Of a stretch of DNA of 36,948 bases, positions 34,320 to 36,948 are shown in pieces. The DNA comes from Actinomycetota bacterium (GTDB lineage Bacteria; Actinomycetota; Acidimicrobiia; IMCC26256; VFJJ01), in NCBI GenBank assembly GCA_009886115.1, contig VFJJ01000048.1:1-36948 (forward strand), read 5' to 3'. The first letter of the stretch is position 1. Every line of letters starts with the position of its first letter. The position numbers and the translations under genes are program-made. Under the pieces are notes generated by a model. It was not told where the DNA came from. It ran no database searches and was given only the letters and a program-made list of their open reading frames with translations.

Positions 34320-35486
34320 GCGACAGCCTCCCATGGCGGCGTGCTCGGATCGGTGAAGCGCGGCGTGCGGCCGTCGGCGATCCACGCTTCCACCTTGGCT
34401 CGGATCTCGGGGGCGAACAACAGGGTTGGGTCGTACATCTGCGGTGCCAGCAGCAGAGCCTCGTTGACTGCTCGGTCCTCGGTGGCGAGTTGGGCGAGCG
34501 CTGCCATGTAGCGCGCACGTTCGAGCGTCTCGGGGGTCGGCTTCGAACGCTCCCCCACCGTCTCGGGGAACTGGAGGTCGTATCCGATCGCGAGCTGCCA
34601 TGGGAACTGCAGGCGCGCGGCCTGACGAGCGAAGAACTCCTTCGGCATGCCGTCGACGTTGCCGCTGAGGTCGGTCAGCGTCTGGCCGAGCGTCACTGCA
34701 CCCAGGCAGGCGGACGAGATGCCTTGGCCGAACATGGGATTTGCCGCGAGCGCGGCGTCGCCGATGGCCACGAACCCGGCGGGCGGCTCGGCCAACGATT
34801 CGTAGCGACGCCAGCGGTTCGCGGTGGCACGCGAGGTTCGGATCTCGCTGAGCTTTTCCGACTGGGAGTAGATCTGCCATAACAGGGGAAGCTCGCAGTT
34901 CCGGAGGAAATCGTCGAAGGCCCCTTCCTCACCGGGCGGGTAATCGCGCGACTGGCCGAACAGCGAGATGATGTAGAGACCGTTGTCTTGGGGGTAGATG
35001 ATGGCGCCCTTGGTGCACTTGGGTGACCGCAGCTGCGCGGCGAAGCGCACCGTGTCGGGCCAGGCCTCTTTGGGGATGCGGATCAACCGGCACGACGTTC
35101 GGCAGGGCCAGCAGTCGGCGACGGGCCACGAGCTCGAGCAGTGGGCGGCGCACGCCGTACCCCATGGCCTGGGACGGCCCGCGGGCGACCGACCAGCCGG
35201 CGCTTCCCCATCCGGCACCCCACGCGATCTGATCGAACAAGATCGCGCCTTCGCGCTGGGTCTCCTCGACGAAGCCCGGGGACAGTTCGTCGAGGACCTC
35301 ACGTCCGAGCTTCAAGATCCCGTGCACATGCCCACCTTGGGGCACGCCCTTGCGCTGCTCGGGTGACTCGGGCAGTTCGTCGCGCTCGATCACGGTGACC
35401 CGGTCGAAATGATCCGACAGCACCCGCGCGGCGACGATGCCAGCAAAGCTGTTCCCGACGACGACCGCGTGTTCGGCCTTGGTCAT
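34316..35486 (-). pseudogene. FAD-dependent monooxygenase/epoxidase-like gene with internal deletion and frameshift
   Basis: HAVVVGNSFAG...RKGVPQGGHVH...LPNV switches frame at ~35090 to RLIRIP...IGDAALAANPMFGQGIS. The middle segment (DAxG motif) is missing. Confidence 0.8.
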
Positions 35487-35680
35487 GGTGACGTGCACTC
35501 TCGTGTTCGCACAGCTCGTTCGTCGAGGCGTGGTGGAACGTCACTCTGGTCGAATCCGTCTCGGGCCGCCACAACCGTCCGTGAACCCCTGTGCGAACCC
35601 TGTGTGACCGATCGGTGACCACCCTCGGCATCCTTCATGGCAACGTCGGATGCCAACTCACGGAGCAGCTGTTCAATGCC

Positions 35681-35734
35681 GGTGCCCGGGACGGGAGTCG
35701 AACCCGTACGTCCTTGCGAACTGACGGGTTTAAG
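35681..35734 (-). tRNA. tRNA-Leu(TAA) 3' fragment (att site), not a complete tRNA
   Basis: Minus strand reads CTTAAAC CCGTC, long variable arm, ACGGG TTCGACT CCCGT T-arm, CCCGGGC ACC. The 5' half is absent. Confidence 0.85.
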
Positions 35735-35848
35735 ACCGAAGAAACCATCCATGTGGTGTTATCGCATCCGCCCAGGTGCCTGTGACCTGCGGTTCTCGTC
35801 CGTGACGTCCGTCGAGTTATCGGTCGTGCGGCCGGCTGCCGGGAAATC

Positions 35849-35868
35849 CTGTGCACGATCTGTGCACG
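35849..35868. repeat. Direct repeat CTGTGCACG x2 (candidate integrase arm sites)
   Basis: 35849-35857 and 35860-35868, 11-bp phase, ~115 bp from the att core. Confidence 0.6.
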
Positions 35869-35901
35869 CGACAGCAACCATATTGAGAGCCGGACGAAGA
35901 G

Positions 35902-36321
35902 TTAACCCATCGCGGGAACGAGCTCGAACGCGTCGCAATGAACAGGCCGAACGACGGTGAAGTGCCGACGATCGACGGTCGCGATACGAGTCGACCCTTT
36001 GCGCTCGGCGACCGCGATCAGGCTCGCGTCGGTGACCCCGAGCCCGAGATCGGCGTACCTCCCGATGAGCTGATCGACGCGGTCCCAATCCGCCCCGGTG
36101 AGCGCCTCGACACCAAGGCTGCCGTCGCGGATCATCGCGATCAGCGCCAGCTCGGCAGCGACGCCCAGTCCACGCGACAACATGTAGCCCGCCTCGGCGA
36201 TCACCAACGCGGTCGTGACCAACGGGCCAGGGTCGGTCTCCAGCAGCTCACGACACGCTGCGTGGCTCTTGTCGTCCCGGTCGCCGAGAGCAACCAGTGG
36301 ACCGGTGTCGACGATCAGCAC
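35902..36321 (-). CDS. vapC: PIN-domain toxin
   Basis: LIVDTGPL, VIAE, LGVTDASLIAVAER, TVDRRHF. Confidence 0.93.
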   Translation of the reverse strand: MLIVDTGPLVALGDRDDKSHAACRELLETDPGPLVTTALVIAEAGYMLSRGLGVAAELALIAMIRDGSLGVEALTGADWDRVDQLIGRYADLGLGVTDASLIAVAERKGSTRIATVDRRHFTVVRPVHCDAFELVPAMG

Positions 36322-36327
36322 GACAGA

Positions 36328-36564
36328 TCAGTCGCGACCGAAGCCATCAGCGAGCATCTCGTCGATCCGATGCGACAGCCCGGTTCCCGAGGCACCGATT
36401 CCGGCGAGGACCAACCTACGGCGAGCCCCCGTTGGACGGGTTGGTTCGGGCGTGTGCTCGGCAAGAACCTCCACCGCGAGCTCATGGACACCGATGCCAC
36501 GTGCAGCGGCTGCAGCCTCCAAGCGGCGAGCGACATCATCGGGAACAGTCACGACGATCGACAT
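36328..36564 (-). CDS. vapB: Ribbon-helix-helix-type antitoxin
   Basis: 78 aa, IVVTVPDDVARRLEAAA...DEMLADGFGRD, directly upstream of the PIN gene. Confidence 0.82.
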   Translation of the reverse strand: MSIVVTVPDDVARRLEAAAAARGIGVHELAVEVLAEHTPEPTRPTGARRRLVLAGIGASGTGLSHRIDEMLADGFGRD

Positions 36565-36574
36565 GCCATCAATC

Positions 36575-36948
36575 CTACGCCTCAGCAGGCCACGCCCGGG
36601 CGAGCAGCGCAGAGCCGATGACGGACGGCTCGAGCTCGCGTCCGGTGTAGCCGTGCGGGCCGGCGAGGTACGCGTCGAGACGGCGGGTGTCGTCGGGGGT
36701 CCACAGCCGGGCTTGGGGAGCGGATGTCGCAGCGGTGAGGTCTCTCGGTCCGAACCCGACTGCGGCGAGCCGGTCGTGCCAACGGTCGCGAAGCTGGCCG
36801 GGTTCGACGCCGTGGTCTTTCGCGACCCGGGTCGCCGGCGCCGCGGCTTGGCGGGCTTGGGTCGTGGGGGCGCCGAGCTCCGCGGTCAAAGTGAGGATCT
36901 GCTCACGGCGGGTCGACATCGCCCGGATGGCGTCGTCGGACACACCGA
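36575..36948 (-). pseudogene. MobF/TrwC relaxase fragment, 3'-truncated
   Basis: SDDAIRAMSTRREQI...RQAAAPATRVAK...LRDRW resembles the end of a TrwC relaxase domain; stops before any helicase domain. Confidence 0.75.

Larger units (their letters stand above)
35681..36948. mobile_element. End of a tRNA-Leu-integrated element (ICE/IME remnant) continuing beyond the window
   Basis: att fragment, arm-like repeats CTGTGCACG x2, vapBC, MobF relaxase remnant. Confidence 0.7.

Noticed and set aside
33171..34880. 569-aa epoxide hydrolase with an extra N-terminal domain
   Set aside because: The extension is an off-frame reading of the monooxygenase gene; the hydrolase begins at ATG 34319.
35681..35770. 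Functional tRNA-Leu gene
   Set aside because: No 5' acceptor strand, D-arm or pairing 5' anticodon stem.

Overview
High-GC actinobacterial DNA; the gene content suggests Acidimicrobiia (inference). (1) ~300-19300 is a DevR/DosR(OsdR)-like hypoxia/dormancy region: FNT channel + SulP, D-lactate dehydrogenase, a 3xPAS-GAF sensor kinase, otsA, DUF1918, USP, a lipoprotein/MacB-type ABC operon, PAP2 and GDPD genes, a NarL/DevR response regulator and a GNAT-acyl-CoA ligase fusion. DevR/OsdR-like 16-bp boxes sit at a conserved spacing upstream of at least four promoters. (2) 20981-27677 is an intact three-gene Liv-type ABC system in which a complete MFS transporter is fused to the LivF-type ATPase. 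(3) 27900-35500 holds a MarR locus, an ERCC4-Lsr2 nuclease, an excisionase-like HTH gene and a flavin monooxygenase/epoxide hydrolase/Rieske cassette. (4) At 35681-35734 a tRNA-Leu(TAA) 3' fragment marks the att boundary of an integrated element carrying vapBC and a MobF relaxase remnant. About a dozen genes carry deletions, frameshifts or a nonsense codon. All family calls are by motif recognition only; no database search was run.
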